Position numbers and translations under genes: made by a program. DNA of 64,000 nt. Source: Somniosus microcephalus (taxonomy: Eukaryota). Shown one piece after another: positions 38,868 to 52,892 of this stretch. The stretch spans positions 22,940,001-23,004,000 of the forward strand of contig CM126225.1 in the NCBI GenBank assembly GCA_052327205.1. Reading direction: 5' to 3'. Positions within the stretch are counted from its first letter, which is position 1. Every line of letters begins with the position of its first letter. Below the pieces are notes generated by a model, which was given only the letters and a program-made list of their open reading frames with translations, did no database searches and had not been told where the DNA came from.

Positions 38868-39654
38868 TTGTTATTTTCCTTACTCAAGCTGGCATTAGTT
38901 TTTTTTTTAAATAGCTTAACTATTAGCCCCTTTTCTGTATTTAAGCCTTTTAGTTCATTCTAAGAGGCTTTCAAATACAGCACAGGCAGGTCAAAAAAAC
39001 AGAAAACTTTTGCTTTTAAGTTTTGTGGCAGCCTGGGATAAAATGCAAACAACAATGAAAGCAACAAAATGTCCCTTTCCCGAAATGCACTGATCTTTCT
39101 TATTCGAGTGTTCAGTTTGAAAGCTGACAGTACAGACGATTTGCATAATGAGGCTGAGTAATTTCTCATAGTGAATCCTCATACAACTGTGCTAATTTAA
39201 ATATTTTGAACTTTTTTGACAGAATGGTAGAAGAAACACACATAAGTGATATTAAAATCTAGTCTAAATGGAACAAAAGGGGTTTGCTTTAAATTCCATG
39301 CAAATAAATGTCCTGCTGTTGCTGATGGGTAATATTTGCCAAATTCTAAACACAGGTTCATTATTCATCTATTCCAAAGTTGATTTTAAGTCAGTGTCAC
39401 TAGTTTATAACTAAATGTGGATATTTTCAGGTGATGAGGGATTCCGAGAATGATTCTATCCAAAGATCAACTTAGATTTCTCTTTTGGATGTTGATCTTC
39501 TGTGCATTTCCAATATTTTACTACATTTTGTTTATAGATATACAGGCAAAACGCAATGCAAACCTGTGAGATTATATGTACGATAGATTATATGTATCCT
39601 TTGTTTTACCCAGCTACATTTTAACATATCATATTAATCGTTCACGGTAATATT

Positions 39655-40070
39655 AAGCAACGCCTTGATTTTAAAATTCTCACCCTTGTTTTCAAGTCCC
39701 CCCCATGGCCTCGGCCCTCCCTATCTCTGTAATCTCCTCCAGCCCAACAACACCATCCCCCCCCCCTCCCCCCCCAAGATATCTGCGCTCCTCTAATTCT
39801 GGCCTCTTGAGCATCCCTGATTTTAATCGCTCCACAATTGGCGGCCATGCCTTCTGCTGCCTAGGCCCTAAGCTCTGGAATTCCCTCCCTACACCTCTCC
39901 GCCTCTCTACCTCTCTTTCCTCCTTTAAAACGCTCCTTAAAACCTACCTCATCTACCCGAATTTCTCCTATGTGGCTCGGTGTCAAATTTTGTTTTTTAA
40001 CACTCCTGTGAAGCGCCTTGGGATGTTATACTATATTAAAGGCGCTATATAAATACAAATTGTTGTTGTA
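39655..40070 (+). mobile_element. L2 LINE 3' end
   Basis: Encodes RYLRSSNSGLL-IP...GGHAF...GPKLWNSLP--LR...SFKTLLKTYL; L2 tail aaggcgctatataaatacaaattgttgttg. Confidence 0.8.
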
Positions 40071-40707
40071 GTAATTAAGAATGAAAATTGTGTAGAATAG
40101 ATTACAGCATTCTAAGAGTAAGAGCGAAACAAAGTGAACATTTAAAAAAAATATTTGTTCTAAGGGTACGGGCAATGCTGGCAAGGCTACAGTTATTGCC
40201 CATCTCTCGGTGCCCTGAGGGCATTAAAAGACAACCATTTAGTGTGGGACTGGAGTTACATGAAGGCCAGACTGGGTAGAGGTGGCAGGTTCCCTTCCCT
40301 GGAGAATATTAGTGGACTAGTTGGGTTTTTACAAGAACCCAGCACATCTCATTGTTATTATATCTGGTGCTAGCTCACAAATTGCCACTAATTAATTCAA
40401 TACCCCCACTTGCTATGGTGGGATTTAAACTCACAACCTCTGGATTGCTGATCCAGTACCAGAACCACTCGGCTGCCATAACGATTTCAGAAAATAACCC
40501 AGTAAGCTTCCACCACCTCCTGTGTATCACTGCTACTGATGATATTTCTGTACCTTGTTATACCTATCCCTGGTACTTCAATATCTGGCTATGCCCTGAG
40601 TTATACTCTATTCCTGGTGTTTCAGTCACTGGTTGTACCCTAGGTTACACCCTATCAATGATATTTCAGTACCTGGTTTATTGCTGCCTTATACCCTACC
40701 CCAGTGT

Positions 40708-40723
40708 CAGCCGTGGTTTAGTT

Positions 40724-40754
<31 letters not shown>

Positions 40755-41000
40755 GTGGGTTCCCACTCCAGACACACGAGCACAAGAATCTAGGCTGACA
40801 CTCCAGTGCAATACTGAGGGAGTGCTGCATTGTGGGAGGTGCCGTCTTTCGGATGAGACATTAAAGTCTGCTCTCTCAGATGGACTTAGAAGATCCCATG
40901 GCACTATTTCGAAGAAGAGCAGAGGAGTTCTCCCTGATGTCCCGGCCAACATTTATCCCTCACTCAACATCACAAAAAACAGGTAATCTGGTCATTATCC
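40708..41000 (+). mobile_element. tRNA-derived SINE 5' half (SacSINE1-like)
   Basis: gccgtggtttagttggtagcactcttgcctctgagtcagaaggttgtgggttc head with pol III A/B boxes; ggtgccgtctttcggatgag body. Confidence 0.7.
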
Positions 41001-42749
41001 ATGTTCCCTGTAATTTGTGGGGGGGGGGGGGGCGGGGGCCTTGTGGTCCCTTTAGCGGGCTGCGTGGCCCATTCAAAATTCCACGCACGCTGGTTTTTTT
41101 CAATTTAATAGCCGGTGCGCCAGCTGCACGGGACCCCTATCCTTGGGTTTTCAGTATCTCATGTTACCCGGGTAATACCTTATCCCCAGTATTTCGGTAT
41201 CTCCTGTTAACCATGTTATACCCTATCCCTGTAGAGCTAAAAGATAATCGATAGACAGAACAGGTTGTAGTTCATTGGCTGAACACTTGGCCATGGAAAA
41301 ATTTAAGGGGAGGATACCAATGAAAAGTAACCTACAATATTGTAAAATTGATAGAGGAGCCTGAATTTGAAGTTCCTTATTACAACACCTATCTGCAGTC
41401 AACTGTATGTTGCAGTTAGTATTTCAAGGGAGTTGCTGCCTTATTCTAGTTCTGGGTGGTCTGAATATGCACAGCATTACCAAGATGTCTGTAGTAAATT
41501 TGAAAGGAATGAAAACAGGAACTCCCTTCCAAATCCGAGAACATTTTAACTTCATACCACAGATGAGAGCACCTAAGAAAATGTGTCTGCTTTTTAATAT
41601 ATGGTTTGTTGCCACATGAATCAGAGGCTGGCACTTTTCAATGTGATAATAAACAGGAGTGTGAGGCCCATGCTTTATATTTTCAAACCCTCAATTTAGA
41701 TATGTTACAAATCTGACAGAAAGATTCTTGGGGGGTGCTGGGGGATGTGGGGCAGCACACTGGTGCTCTAACACACCATCCCATAGAGTGAAAGGACTTG
41801 GCTTGATGCCAATGAATCCCCAAATGGTGAGTTTCCCAATCTCAATCATGCCAACATAAGGAGTCGTTGAGCAGAGGCCAGGCACTTTCCCGCAGCGAGA
41901 GAGGGAACATGAGAAATTTACACCTCTGACTCGCTCCTTCAGCTACCAAGCCGCATGTTGATCCACAGAATTGTGGTACAGAACTTCGAGAGCCCGATGC
42001 CCCACAGACACCAATTCAACATTAGCTAGAGGCAGCAGGTGGCACTTCTAAGGTCAGAGGTCGACACTGTCATGTGACTATCTTAAACAAAAGATGCATG
42101 CCTGTGAGACCAGAGAAGTGTTGGATGGATAAGGATTCACAGATCGTTGGCGAACTCAGCAAAGGTAATGGTTTAAAGGGTAAGATTTCTGTGATAGCAT
42201 AAGGAGGAAATGTAGAATCTGTAGAAGAGTGGAGAGGAGGGAAGAAAGAGAAAAATGAAATAAGTAATCGCGAACACAGATATTAAACAAATAAAGCAAC
42301 CTTAAGAGACAATAAATGCTAAAAGGAGTTGTGTAAAGCAAAATTAGAAGAAGGAGAAAAGTCACATGGGAGATTATCAGGACCATTGTGGGAAAGGTTA
42401 AGAAGTTCAGCAAGGCAATCCTGTCAGAATTGAGAAAGCTAAAGAAGAGTTCCATAAAAGGAATCTTTTGAGAAGTTTTGGGAAATGCTGGAGTTAAACA
42501 GAAGTAGGAAACAATTTTGTTTGGAAAGAACAAAAGAAACTGAAAAACTATCAGGGTTTTGGAACAAAGTGAGACGAGCAATGAGTTATAAAAACGTAAG
42601 AAATAAGAGCAGGAGTCGGCCATTTGGCCCTTCGAGCCTGCTCCGCCATTCAATAAGATCATGGCTGATCTTCTCCTACTATGGAAACACGAGTCTAACA
42701 GAAATCGTTGGACATTCTGGCTGCTTTTAGATTTATAGAAGATTCCATT

Positions 42750-43755
42750 ATTGTGCCCCAGGACATCGCTGCAGGAGTTCCTCAGGGCAGTGTCCTAGGT
42801 CCAACCATCTTCAGCTGCTTCATCAATGACCTTCCCTCCAACATAAGGTCAGAAATGGGGATGTTCGCTGATGACTGCACAGTGTTCAGTTCCATTCACA
42901 ACTCCTCAGATAGTGAAGCAGTCCATGCTCGCATGCAACAAGACCTGAATGACATTCAGGCTTGGGCTGATAAGTGGCAGGTAACATTCACGCCACAGAA
43001 GTGCCAGGCAATGACTATCTCCAACAAGCGAGAGTCTAACCACCTCCCCTTGACATTCAACGGCATTACCATCACCGAACTTCCCACAATCAACATCCTG
43101 GGGGTCACCATTAACCAGAAACTTAACTGGACCAGCCACATAAATACTGTGGCAACAAGAGCAGGTCAGAGGCTGGGTATTCTGCGGCGAGTGCCTCACC
43201 TCCTGACCCCCCAAAGTCTTTCCACCATCTACAAGGCACAAGTAAGGAGTGTGATGGAATACTCTCCACTTGCCTGGATGAGTGCAGCTCCAACAATACT
43301 CAAGAAGCTCGACACCATCCAGGACAAAGCAGCCCGCTTGATTGGCACCCCATCTACCACCTTCAACATTCACTCCCTTCACCACCGGCGCACCGTGGCT
43401 GCACTGTGTACCATCTACAAGATGCACTGCAGCAACTCGCCAAGGCTTCTTCGGCAGCACCTCCCAAACTCGCAACCTCTTCCACCAAGAAGGACAAGGG
43501 CAGCAGGCACATGGGAACACCACCACCTTCAAGTTCCCCTCCAAGTCACACACCATCCAGACTTAGAAGTATATCGCCGATCCTTCATCGTTGCTGGGTG
43601 AAAATCCTGGAACTCCCTCCCTAACAGCACTGTGGGAGTACCTTCACCACACGGACTGCAGCGGCTCAAGAAGGTGGCTCACCACCACCTTGTCTAGGGC
43701 ATTTAGGGATGGGCAATAAATGCTGGCCTTGCCAGCGACGCCCACATCCCTAAAA
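42750..43755 (+). mobile_element. CR1/L2-group LINE, RT C-terminal half and 3' end
   Basis: GVPQGSVLGPTIFSCFINDL...MFADD...ILGVTI...IYKAQVRSVMEY; degenerate opposite-strand relative at about 45215-45450. Confidence 0.9.
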
Positions 43756-44219
43756 TGTTTTCTTTATAACTCAGACGTAGTTTCTATTTATCAGTAAGTC
43801 ATTCAGGACACCATGCTGAAGAAAGCTACTCTTAGATATAGAGTGATACATCAAAGCATTCTCCTGGTAGACAATAATTATACAAAGCATGGGGGTTTCA
43901 AAGAAAAGAAGTAAAGGTCACCTAGTATGCAAGAACTAGGAAATTACTAAGATGAATGTTATCTCTGAAGTTACTGATATAGATGATGACTATACTAGAA
44001 AGACTGTTTTGGAGTCCTTTTTTCTCTGAGAGATATTCAACAATTATGGCTTTTACTTGATGTTGGGAGAAATGATTTTAGGTGAGAAAGTCAGATAGTT
44101 AACATACTGTTCAAATGGTGAGGCTCTATGTAAGGTGGTTATGTCATTATAGATTCACTTCAAAACTGGTAATGATACGAAGTAGTCAAGAGACTCCTGT
44201 TCCAATAGGTTAAAGAATT

Positions 44220-44680
44220 ATAGAATCATAGAATGGTTACAGCACGGAAGAAGGCCATTCGGCCCGTCGAGTCCGTGCCGGCTCCCTGCAAGAGCGCTTC
44301 AGCTAGTCCCACTCCCCCACCCTTTCCCTATAGCCCTGCAAATGTTTTTCCTTCAGGTACTTATCCAACTCCCTTTTGAAAGTCGTCATTGGGGCTGCCG
44401 CCACCACCCTTTCAGGCAGTGCATTCCAGATCCTAACCACTCGCTGAGTGAATAAGTCGCCTTTGGTTCTTCTGCCAATCATCTTAAATCTGTGTCCTCT
44501 TGTTCTCAACCCTTCTGCCAATGGGAACAGTTTCTCTCTATCTACTCTGTCCAGACCCCTCATGATTTTGAACACCTCTATCAAATCTCCTCTCGACCTT
44601 CTCTGCTGAAAGGAGAACAACCCCAGCGTCTCCAGTCTATCCACGTAACTGATGTCCTTCATCCCTGGAATCATTCTCGT
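44220..44680 (-). mobile_element. CR1 LINE 3' fragment
   Basis: MIPGMKDISYVDRLETLGLF...RGDLIEVFKIM...TRGHRFK...FTQRVVRIWNALP. Confidence 0.9.
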
Positions 44681-45779
44681 AAATCGTTAACAAGCCCAGA
44701 GTAACAATTTCTCTTTTTCATTCAGTTATATTCCACATAGGATGAGTAAAGATAAGATATAAGCCTAAATATTCTAAGTAATTGCTAGTGCCAAGTTGCC
44801 TCATCCGACAGTAGCACATATCAGAAAATCATGGGCAATGCACCCGTGATTTTCAGATGTGTGTTTGGAAAATTCACTACATCCAGCCAGGAACATGACT
44901 GGAAATTACAGCAATGATCTGGGGCTTCCAGCGTGGAGCGGCACTTGAGAGGAGTCATCATGGGAAATTTCAGACGCACAGCCTATTTTATTGGGCAGAA
45001 TAACATGGACTGTGTGCCTGCACTTTTCTGAGGTACGTTTCCTGTTTCTCACTGGGAGCTCTGGATCACAAAATCAGCCTTTAAGAGTTCTCAGACAGGT
45101 ACAAGTCCTGTTGCCACTGCAATTGTAAAATGTCACTTATGCTGAGTTATGCCAAGTTTGTTTTATGTTCCATTTGAGTTAGTCACAATTTAAAAATAAA
45201 ATTGTTCTCGGGATGTGAGCAAAATTGGCATTTATTACCCATCCCTAGTTTCCCTGAGAACTATGTGATAGGCCTTCTGCTTGAACTGCTGCAGGCCTTT
45301 TGATAATGGTGCTCTCACAATGGTGTTAGGTAGTGAATTCCAGGATATTGACCCAACGGTGATGAAGGAATGGTGATGTCTTGGAGGGGCACTTGGAGAT
45401 GATGTTGTTTCCATGGCATTGCTGCTCTTGAGCTTCTTAGCGGTAGTCACAGGAGAGGCAGGTGTTGTTGAAATGAAATAATTTTAATATTTTCAAAGTC
45501 TTTTCATTAAGTTAAAAAAATTTTTTATCTCAGTGTAGATATGTGTTCAGTGTCCCCAGTAGCAAAAAACGTCAAACATTGCTAAATCTGGAATTTTTGC
45601 AATAACCTTTTCTTTGCCCATTTACACCAAACAGCATGGTGACATGCACTGAATGGGGATGAACAGCCAAAGAAATTTACAGATTGGAATTAGGTCAAAA
45701 CTGGGTAGAATGCAAAATCCAAATTTTGACCAATCCAACTTGGAATCATCTACTCTACTAAAAGGCACAGAGAACATGC

Positions 45780-45970
45780 CTGATGTTCTGCTTCCATTGG
45801 GGCGTGGAGTGGAGGGAGCAGGGAGGCACAGAAGTGCCGACTCAAAAGACTGAAGGGTGCAAGCTGCAGGAAGTTGCTGAGGTAGGGTAGAGCAAATCCA
45901 TGGAAGAATTTGTAGGTGAGGATGAGGATTTTGAAGCTTAATGTGTTGGGGGATAGGGTAGTGACTGACT
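45780..45970 (-). mobile_element. Decayed L2 LINE fragment
   Basis: Reverse-complement similarity to 39655-39850 (aaaatcctcatcctc...ccatgg...ctaccctacctc). Confidence 0.45.
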
Positions 45971-46221
45971 GCAGGGAGCAGTTCTGCCGACACCATTACC
46001 CTACAACTGGCAAGTGCAAGTGGCCATTCTTTATTTGTGACCCCGGACGGTGTCAGTGGTTTATTTCACTGCGAGGTCATCATAGAGGAACCCAATCCTG
46101 TCTTCGTCCAGCAACCACATTATGCTTTTCCAGCATGGTCTGCCGAATAACAATTAGAGGCATGAATTGGGGCCTCTCCCAGGCATCACAACCTTGAGGT
46201 GCCTGTGACCAATTCTGGAAT

Positions 46222-47000
46222 ATAACGTAGATAAATGTGAGGTTATCCACTTTGGTGGCAAAAACAGGAAGGCAGATTATTATCTGAATGGCAATAGATT
46301 GGGAGAAGGGTTAGTGCAATGAGACCTGGATGTCCTTGTGCACCAGTTGCTGAAGGTAAGCATGCAGGTGCAGCAGACGGTTAAGAAGGCATTCATAGCG
46401 AGAGGGTTTGAGTACAGGAACAAGGATGTCTTGCTGCAGTTGTACAGGGCCTTGGTGAGACCATATCTTGAGTATTGTGTGCAGTTTTGGTCGCCTTATC
46501 TGAGGAAGGATGTTCTTGCCATGGAAGGAGTTCAGCGAAGATTCACCAGGCTGATACCTGGGATGGCAGGAATGACGTATGAGGAGAGATTGGGACGATT
46601 GGGCTTGTACTCGCTGGAGTTTAGAAGAATGAGAGGGGATCTCATTGAAACTTATAAAATTCTGGCAGGACTGGACAGACTAGAGGCAGGGAGGATGTTC
46701 CCGATGGTCGGGGAGTCCAGAACCAGGGGCCACAATCTAAGGATAAGGGGTAGGCCTTTTAGGACAGAATTGAGGAGGAATTTCTTCACCCAGAGAGTGG
46801 TGAACCTGTGGAATTCTCTACCACAGAAGGCAGTAGAGGCCAATACATTAAATATATTCAAGAAGGAGTTGGATATATTTCTTAAGGCTAAAGGGATCAA
46901 GGGGTATGGGGAGAAAGCAGGGACCGGGTACTGAACTTGGATGATCAGCCATGATCGCATTGAATGGCGGAGCAGGCTCGAGGTTTCTATGTTTCTATGG
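46222..47000 (+). mobile_element. CR1 LINE 3' region
   Basis: LYRALVRPYLEYCVQFWSPY...EGVQRRFTRLIPG...RGDLIETYKI...FFTQRVVNLWNSLP, followed by 3'UTR and (tttctatg) tail. Confidence 0.92.
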
Positions 47001-47529
47001 AACCCCACTGTCCCCTAGCCAACACTGTATAATTGCAGATGTACCATGGACTGAACCTGGGAAATCTTGGGTCTAGATCTAAACCACATTACCCATCAAG
47101 AAAGCTGAAGAGTTGAATAATTCAGTACAACAAAATTAGCAACCCTCTGTTTTGACCACTACTGTGAGTATGGTCAGATGGGACTGTACCTGCTTCTAAG
47201 AGATTCGAATCTTGACTAAACTTACAGAAGGTTAAAAATTTGTCAGTTGGATATGTGAGTCAGTTTCTTTTGTTGCTAAGCCACCGTTGCCATGGTTTCC
47301 TGTAAGGAAATCAGCTGAGAATTAAAAAAAATTATAGTTTGCATATAAAACTGGTCTCCACCCATGTTTTACCTACACACAAGGTCCTGTCTCCAGCAGT
47401 GACACAATCTTTTGTGTACTCTGTTATTGCCATTTATTCTGGGCGTCACATCTCTAGATACTGAAGAAAAGGATGTTTGTAATATTTGCATAAGGTCTGA
47501 GGCAAACTGAAATCCCTGAAATTCTCTTT

Positions 47530-48198
47530 GGCCTGGATTTTGCGGCGGTAATGACGGTGAAACTGAAGCGTTGGCCGTCATCCCCCTCTGAAACTGACAG
47601 CAACTTCAGCATTTAACGCATGCACAGATAAACGCGGAAATCCAGAAGTTGCGGTCCGTCAATCCCTGCTCCGCTCCCCCCCTCCCCCCACGAGAAAGTT
47701 AAGCCTTGTTTAAAGAGGTGTAACTGGGTTTTTAACAGCATATTGACTGCTGAACAATCGTTCTGGCCCTGAAAAAACTAATTTTATATTTGTGGAATGT
47801 CAAATTTTACCATTAATATGAGAAAGAATTACATGGTTTTCAAAAAAAAAATTTTCTTAGCTTTATTTATGATACTTCAGCTTTTACCTTAATCCTATGT
47901 GTATGTCACAATCTTTATTTCGCTCTCTGTAAAAATAATAAAAAGTAAATTAGAATCTGTGCATTTTACTTCCTGGTTTGCTGTCTCTGAGAATTCTTCA
48001 ATGTGATTGGCTGCTCAACCTGCTTGATGACATCACTGGTGCTGGACACTGGAAATTCGCTTGCTTTGGTGCCAGATTCAAACAAAGGCCCGATGAGCTG
48101 AAATTCATGACACAGAGATCGCTAGATCTTTGTGGACAGCTTTCTTCGAGGTCAGCGGGGACCGTCGTCACTTTGCTGCTGACCGCAAATCCTGGGCC
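47530..48198. mobile_element. Harbinger-like MITE
   Basis: Imperfect TIR GGCCTGGATTTTGCGG...CCGCAAATCCTGGGCC with subterminal gacggt/accgtc inversion; TIR resembles the 32571 element. Confidence 0.55.
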
Positions 48199-48202
48199 AT
48201 TG

Positions 48203-48650
48203 TAGAAACATAGAAAAATAGGAGCAGGAGTAGGCCATTCGGCCCTTCGAGCCTGCTCCACCATTCAATATGATCATGGCTGATCCTCTATCTCAATGCC
48301 ATATTCCCGCTCTCTCCCCATACCCCTTGATGCCTTTTGTGTCTAGAAATCTATCTATCTCCTTCTTAAATATATTCAGTGACTTGGCCTCCACAGCCTT
48401 CTGAGTTAGAGAATTCCACAGGTTCACCACCCTCTGAGTGAAGAACTTTCTCCTCATCTCAGTCCTAAATGTCCTACCCCGTATCCTGAGACTGTGACCC
48501 CTCGTTCTAGGGGAACAGGGGAAACATCCTCCCTGCATCCAGTCTGTCTAGCCTTGTCAGAATTTTATATGTTTCAATGAGATCTCCTCTCATTCTTCTA
48601 AACTCTAGTGAATACAGGCCTAGTCGACCCAATCTCTCCTCATACGACAT
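48203..48650 (-). mobile_element. CR1 LINE 3' fragment
   Basis: RTRGHSLRIRGRTFRTEMRRKFFTQRVVNLWNSL; same subfamily as 46222-47000, opposite orientation. Confidence 0.88.
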
Positions 48651-50949
48651 CCCATTGTGTAATTTTATTGCCTGCCTTGGTAGACGAGTGGATTTTTAAA
48701 AACTAATATCGTAGCAGATTATTTCTAAATGTCTAACTATAGCTGAACTCTTTATATAAAGATTTCTGAAGCAATTACTCCAATGGTTATTCCATTTCAA
48801 TGTTTACATTTTCAACTTTTGCTGTTCATAATGTTTTGAACAGCGAATTTTTTTTTAGGGAATATGGGAGTTTTTAATCTTGACTTTTAAAAGTAGCTGG
48901 GTGGTGTACCAATCTCACTGAAACTGTGAACGGATCCCATCAGCTTCGTGTATTAGCTACTCCCTTGATGCAAAAACGCAGTCCCTCAGCCAGTACAGAA
49001 CAAGGTCCAAGTCTAGCTCAGATAAAGGTGTCCTCTCTGCTTGGGCTAATAATACAGAAACTCAGTCTCAAATTTTTCCAGTTGAGTTGCGTGTGCACAA
49101 GCCAACAGTACACAAATCTCAGGTTTTCTGCACAAACTAACCCCTGAAACATTATGGTGAATGGATGCAACAATATGAAAGATAAGGGGAGTTGAGACTA
49201 ATGATGCTGAAATGACTTGGGAGATTTCTGTACTACATATTAAACAAATATAATTTTATGATTTTAGATAGACAGGGTAAAGGTGATTTAAAAACTGGCC
49301 TCAAACAGCTGCATCTTTAAAAGAGTTGATTGACAAAACAGATGAGCTCCATTCATAGTTTCAATGAGAGGCAGCTAACCTTCTTTGTTATTGCTGCGGA
49401 CAGTGCTTAGAAACAAATTTGTTTGCTGCTTGAGCAGTCTCTATTTGAAATGTAAATTTATGTAAGTCTACAAACTGGGGGAAGTAAACTATGGGGAAAT
49501 CAGTGCTTGCTTGATCCTGTCGTGAAGTGACGTTCACACACTTACACTTTCCAGTGGGGTTCTCCGGATCACCATCACGGGTGAGAAGAACCCTGGCTGA
49601 TAACCCCTCTTTAGCTTAGGGACATCTTAGGGAGGTGGTAGTTCCCAGCCACTGCTGAGATCTGTTAACTCAGTAGAAACCAGGATTCAAAGTTGGGATT
49701 TTCTGTTCTCACTTCCAGGCTGACTTCACGACTAAGTCATCAGGGGAACTGCTATTGGTTGATGGGTCCAGAAAGTAGTAAATGGTTTATAAACTGAGTC
49801 ACGGTTTTTGTGGAAAAATAGATGGAACCTTGGAATTCAATGCCCAAAACAGCAATATAAACAGTCCAATTCAAAAAAATGAATAGAATCTCCCTTGGAT
49901 AGAATGGCTCTATGAACCGGAAAGGGAGGCAGGATTAATAAACAATTTAACATTCAATAAAACAGTGTTAAAATAAAACAACTTAACAGACTGAACAACA
50001 AAGAGTACCAATACAAATACACAGAATAGCCCACAATTTTTCCAGAGGAAACGAGGGAAAACCTCCACACTTTTATGCAATTTTGAAGTGGCCCTGGTTA
50101 AAAGCTTTTCTCACTCATAGAATAAAATACATTTCCAGATGTTTCTTGTCTGTTTCGTTCCTCCTCTGTCCTTGTGGAAAAGAAGCCATCTTCCACTTGG
50201 CTGGCTGAGATAAGTGGCTCAAAAATAAATTGGATGTGGGGTGCGGGCACAGTGGAGTGGAGATGGGATGCCGCTTTGAGTATCTGATCTGAGTGGCATG
50301 GGGTCAAGTGGAAGCTGCAGTGCCTCCCAGCAGCGGAGAGGGTAACCTGGAGGTAAGAGTCACACCTACACTGTTCCTCGCACTTCCTGGTAGTCAACCA
50401 CAGGATGCATTGACAGCGACAGGGAGCAGCGCATGCTTCAGGTCAGGCCTAATGCAATGGTTACAACAGTGAGTAGGTGAGACCAGAAAGATCTCAAGTT
50501 CATTTCTTGAGTTAGCCGATCTCAACTAGGGCAGCAGAACAATTGATCTCAACCTCCTTGGACGAGGAAACGGAAATCAGCCATCGTTTTCCATCCCTGT
50601 TTCGCTATCCAGTGATCCCGTTGGAGATACACATGTAGGAATATTTGTAGGAAGTTTGGATTTGGCTGAGATGCCCTTGTAGTTCAATGGTCTGCATGCA
50701 CGCAGTATCTAGGCTCACAGATGAAGAATGGTGGCTTGGGTGAGGTGCCAGAGGACAACTAGGACCCATGAAACCATGAACCCAGCAATGAGTCAATACA
50801 AAGGAGAGGAGTGTGGGGTGAGGTTTGGGGGAGAATCATAGGAAAATATTTGTTTAAAAAATGGGCCCAAATTATAAATTTAACAGAATGGTGAATCTTC
50901 CACCTCTGCACCAAAATGCTTTATTATTCATGATGCACTTTTATCATGA

Positions 50950-51403
50950 TGTGGAGATGCCGGTGTTGGACTGGGGTGGACAATTGTGAGAAGTCACACA
51001 ACACCAGGTTATAGTCCAACAGATGCGGCCGGACCTGCTGTGATTTCCAGCAAAAACATTTTTTTTTAAATTGTTTTTTGTTTGTTTTCGTTTTTCATAC
51101 AGACCCCAGCATCTGCAACATTTGGCCCCTTGTGACCCCACCTCATTGTTCTTTGATGTAATGTTTTCCTGACTGACCTGTTTGGACACCATCCACACCT
51201 TTGATTGCTGTGATTATCTCTCTGCCGAGGTGCAATAAAGGGCAGTTAGAAAGATTACCTGTAATCATCTGGCAGTGTTCTCTGACTATATAAGCTGTGT
51301 CTTTATGCATCTCTTCACTTCACCTGACGAAGGAGCAGCGCTCCGAAAGCTTGTGATTTCAAATAAAGCTGTTGGACTATAACCTGGTGTTGTGTGACTT
51401 CTC
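50950..51403. mobile_element. Penelope-type pseudo-LTR unit with 35-bp inverted repeats
   Basis: GAGAAGTCACACAACACCAGGTTATAGTCCAACAG (50988-51022) exactly inverted at 51369-51403; contains a hammerhead motif. Confidence 0.7.
51320..51356 (+). ncRNA. Minimal type I hammerhead ribozyme (Penelope-associated)
   Basis: UCAC-CUGACGA-A-GGAGC-agc-GCUCC-GAAA-GC-UU-GUGA: conserved core, 5-bp stem II, palindromic AGCU stem III, stem I UCAC/GUGA. Confidence 0.7.
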
Positions 51404-52567
51404 GCACTTTTATCAGGACAGCTTTCCACAAATGTTATCAGAATCAGCCATGTGGCACCTTGGAATATTTATGTTGTGCTAGATGGAACTTGAGTTTTTA
51501 TGTACCTGTGATATTGGAGGTTGGTGCACAGAGAAGTAGCAGTAAATTCAGATTGATTCTCTGTTACTGGCTTATGTAATTTGAAGTTTTTCCAAATTGT
51601 TCTTTCTCCTCTCCCCATCCCACCCAACTTTGCCATCCAGCATTGAACCTTGATCCATTTCCACTCAGCTTGAATTTCAGCTGATCTTAACTGGCCTGTA
51701 ACAAATGACTGGAATCACTGCTTGGTGAGTGAGGGCAGGCGTAACTAGCTCATGATGCATAGATGCAACAATCAGACTGGACTGATGTACATGTTTCAAT
51801 GCTATAGCACAGACACAAATCAAATTCAATTGAGATCTCTATGGTCCAAATCAAATGTGGCAGAGTCTTGGGACACAAGTATCTATTTCACTTAATTGGT
51901 CCCCGTGTTTTTTTGCACATTTTGGGATGTCTTTAATGCCAATATCATAAGTAGACCCTCCCCCAAGTTTTAAAACTGACCAGTCTCTGTCTTCTACAAT
52001 GCTGTTGTTTCTTTCTCATCACTTGTTTGAATTATTCTTATTTCACTCACTAATACGGAATTCATTAAATTTATCTCCCACTTCTTCCCCCTTTGTTATA
52101 CTTTTCTTTTTAACTTTCCTTTTAATTGTTTGCCTCTCCCTTTTAACTGACAGTGAGAGCTGTTAAATTCCGACTCTCCCTCCTTCTCATTCATATCTTT
52201 TCTCCCATTTTTAACTTGTCCTTTAGTATCTCCTCTAGCATTTTCTCTTCTTAATCCATGTCCTTCAACATTTAGGCATTTTACACTCTGTTACGCTGGT
52301 TTCAGTACTTTCACTGTTGTATAGCTTCACACAAGGTATTGGCCATCCAGAGTCCTGCAGAACTGGAGGTTCTGGTAAGAGCAAAAATATATTTTCAAAA
52401 AGTGCAACAATCCTGGATTTTATTTTATTAAATGTAATTTGCAACTGAGCATCAAATGTGCAAATGTTAGCCAAGAAATTAAATATATATATTTTGAAAT
52501 CAAGCTTGGGATAGTACCACTGCCTCCATATAGGACAGTAACACATCACCGCCCATATATAGGACAG

Positions 52568-52892
52568 TGTAGGAATCGACCGATCCCTAACTGAAGCACT
52601 GAGGTCGAGTCAGTTCAATAAATCAACCGAATTTAATTAAACAAGCGAACAAAACAAAAGCATGCAGGAGCAACAGCAAACAGGTCTTTACAGCAGCTTG
52701 TTACACGAGGTCTGACTAAGGGACGTTTCCCGCCGTTCGGGGCATCACGTGACCAACGTGATGCCATCATCGCGTTGTTTCAGGACTTTTACAGAAAGCT
52801 TATTTACACTCAGCAAACAAACATAGATGCTGTAACATTGGGTTAAAGACAGTTATGCATTTGTACAGGAGTCCATTGGTGGTTTTGCCACA
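52568..52892 (-). repeat. 3' LTR (325 bp)
   Basis: Direct repeat of 57015-57370 lacking a 31-bp segment. Confidence 0.95.

Noticed and set aside
50430-50760. Possible ancient LF-SINE-like remnants (also about 40170-40480 and 46030-46210)
   Set aside because: Look like old SINE bodies but too degenerate to assign family or ends by eye; need a repeat-library search.
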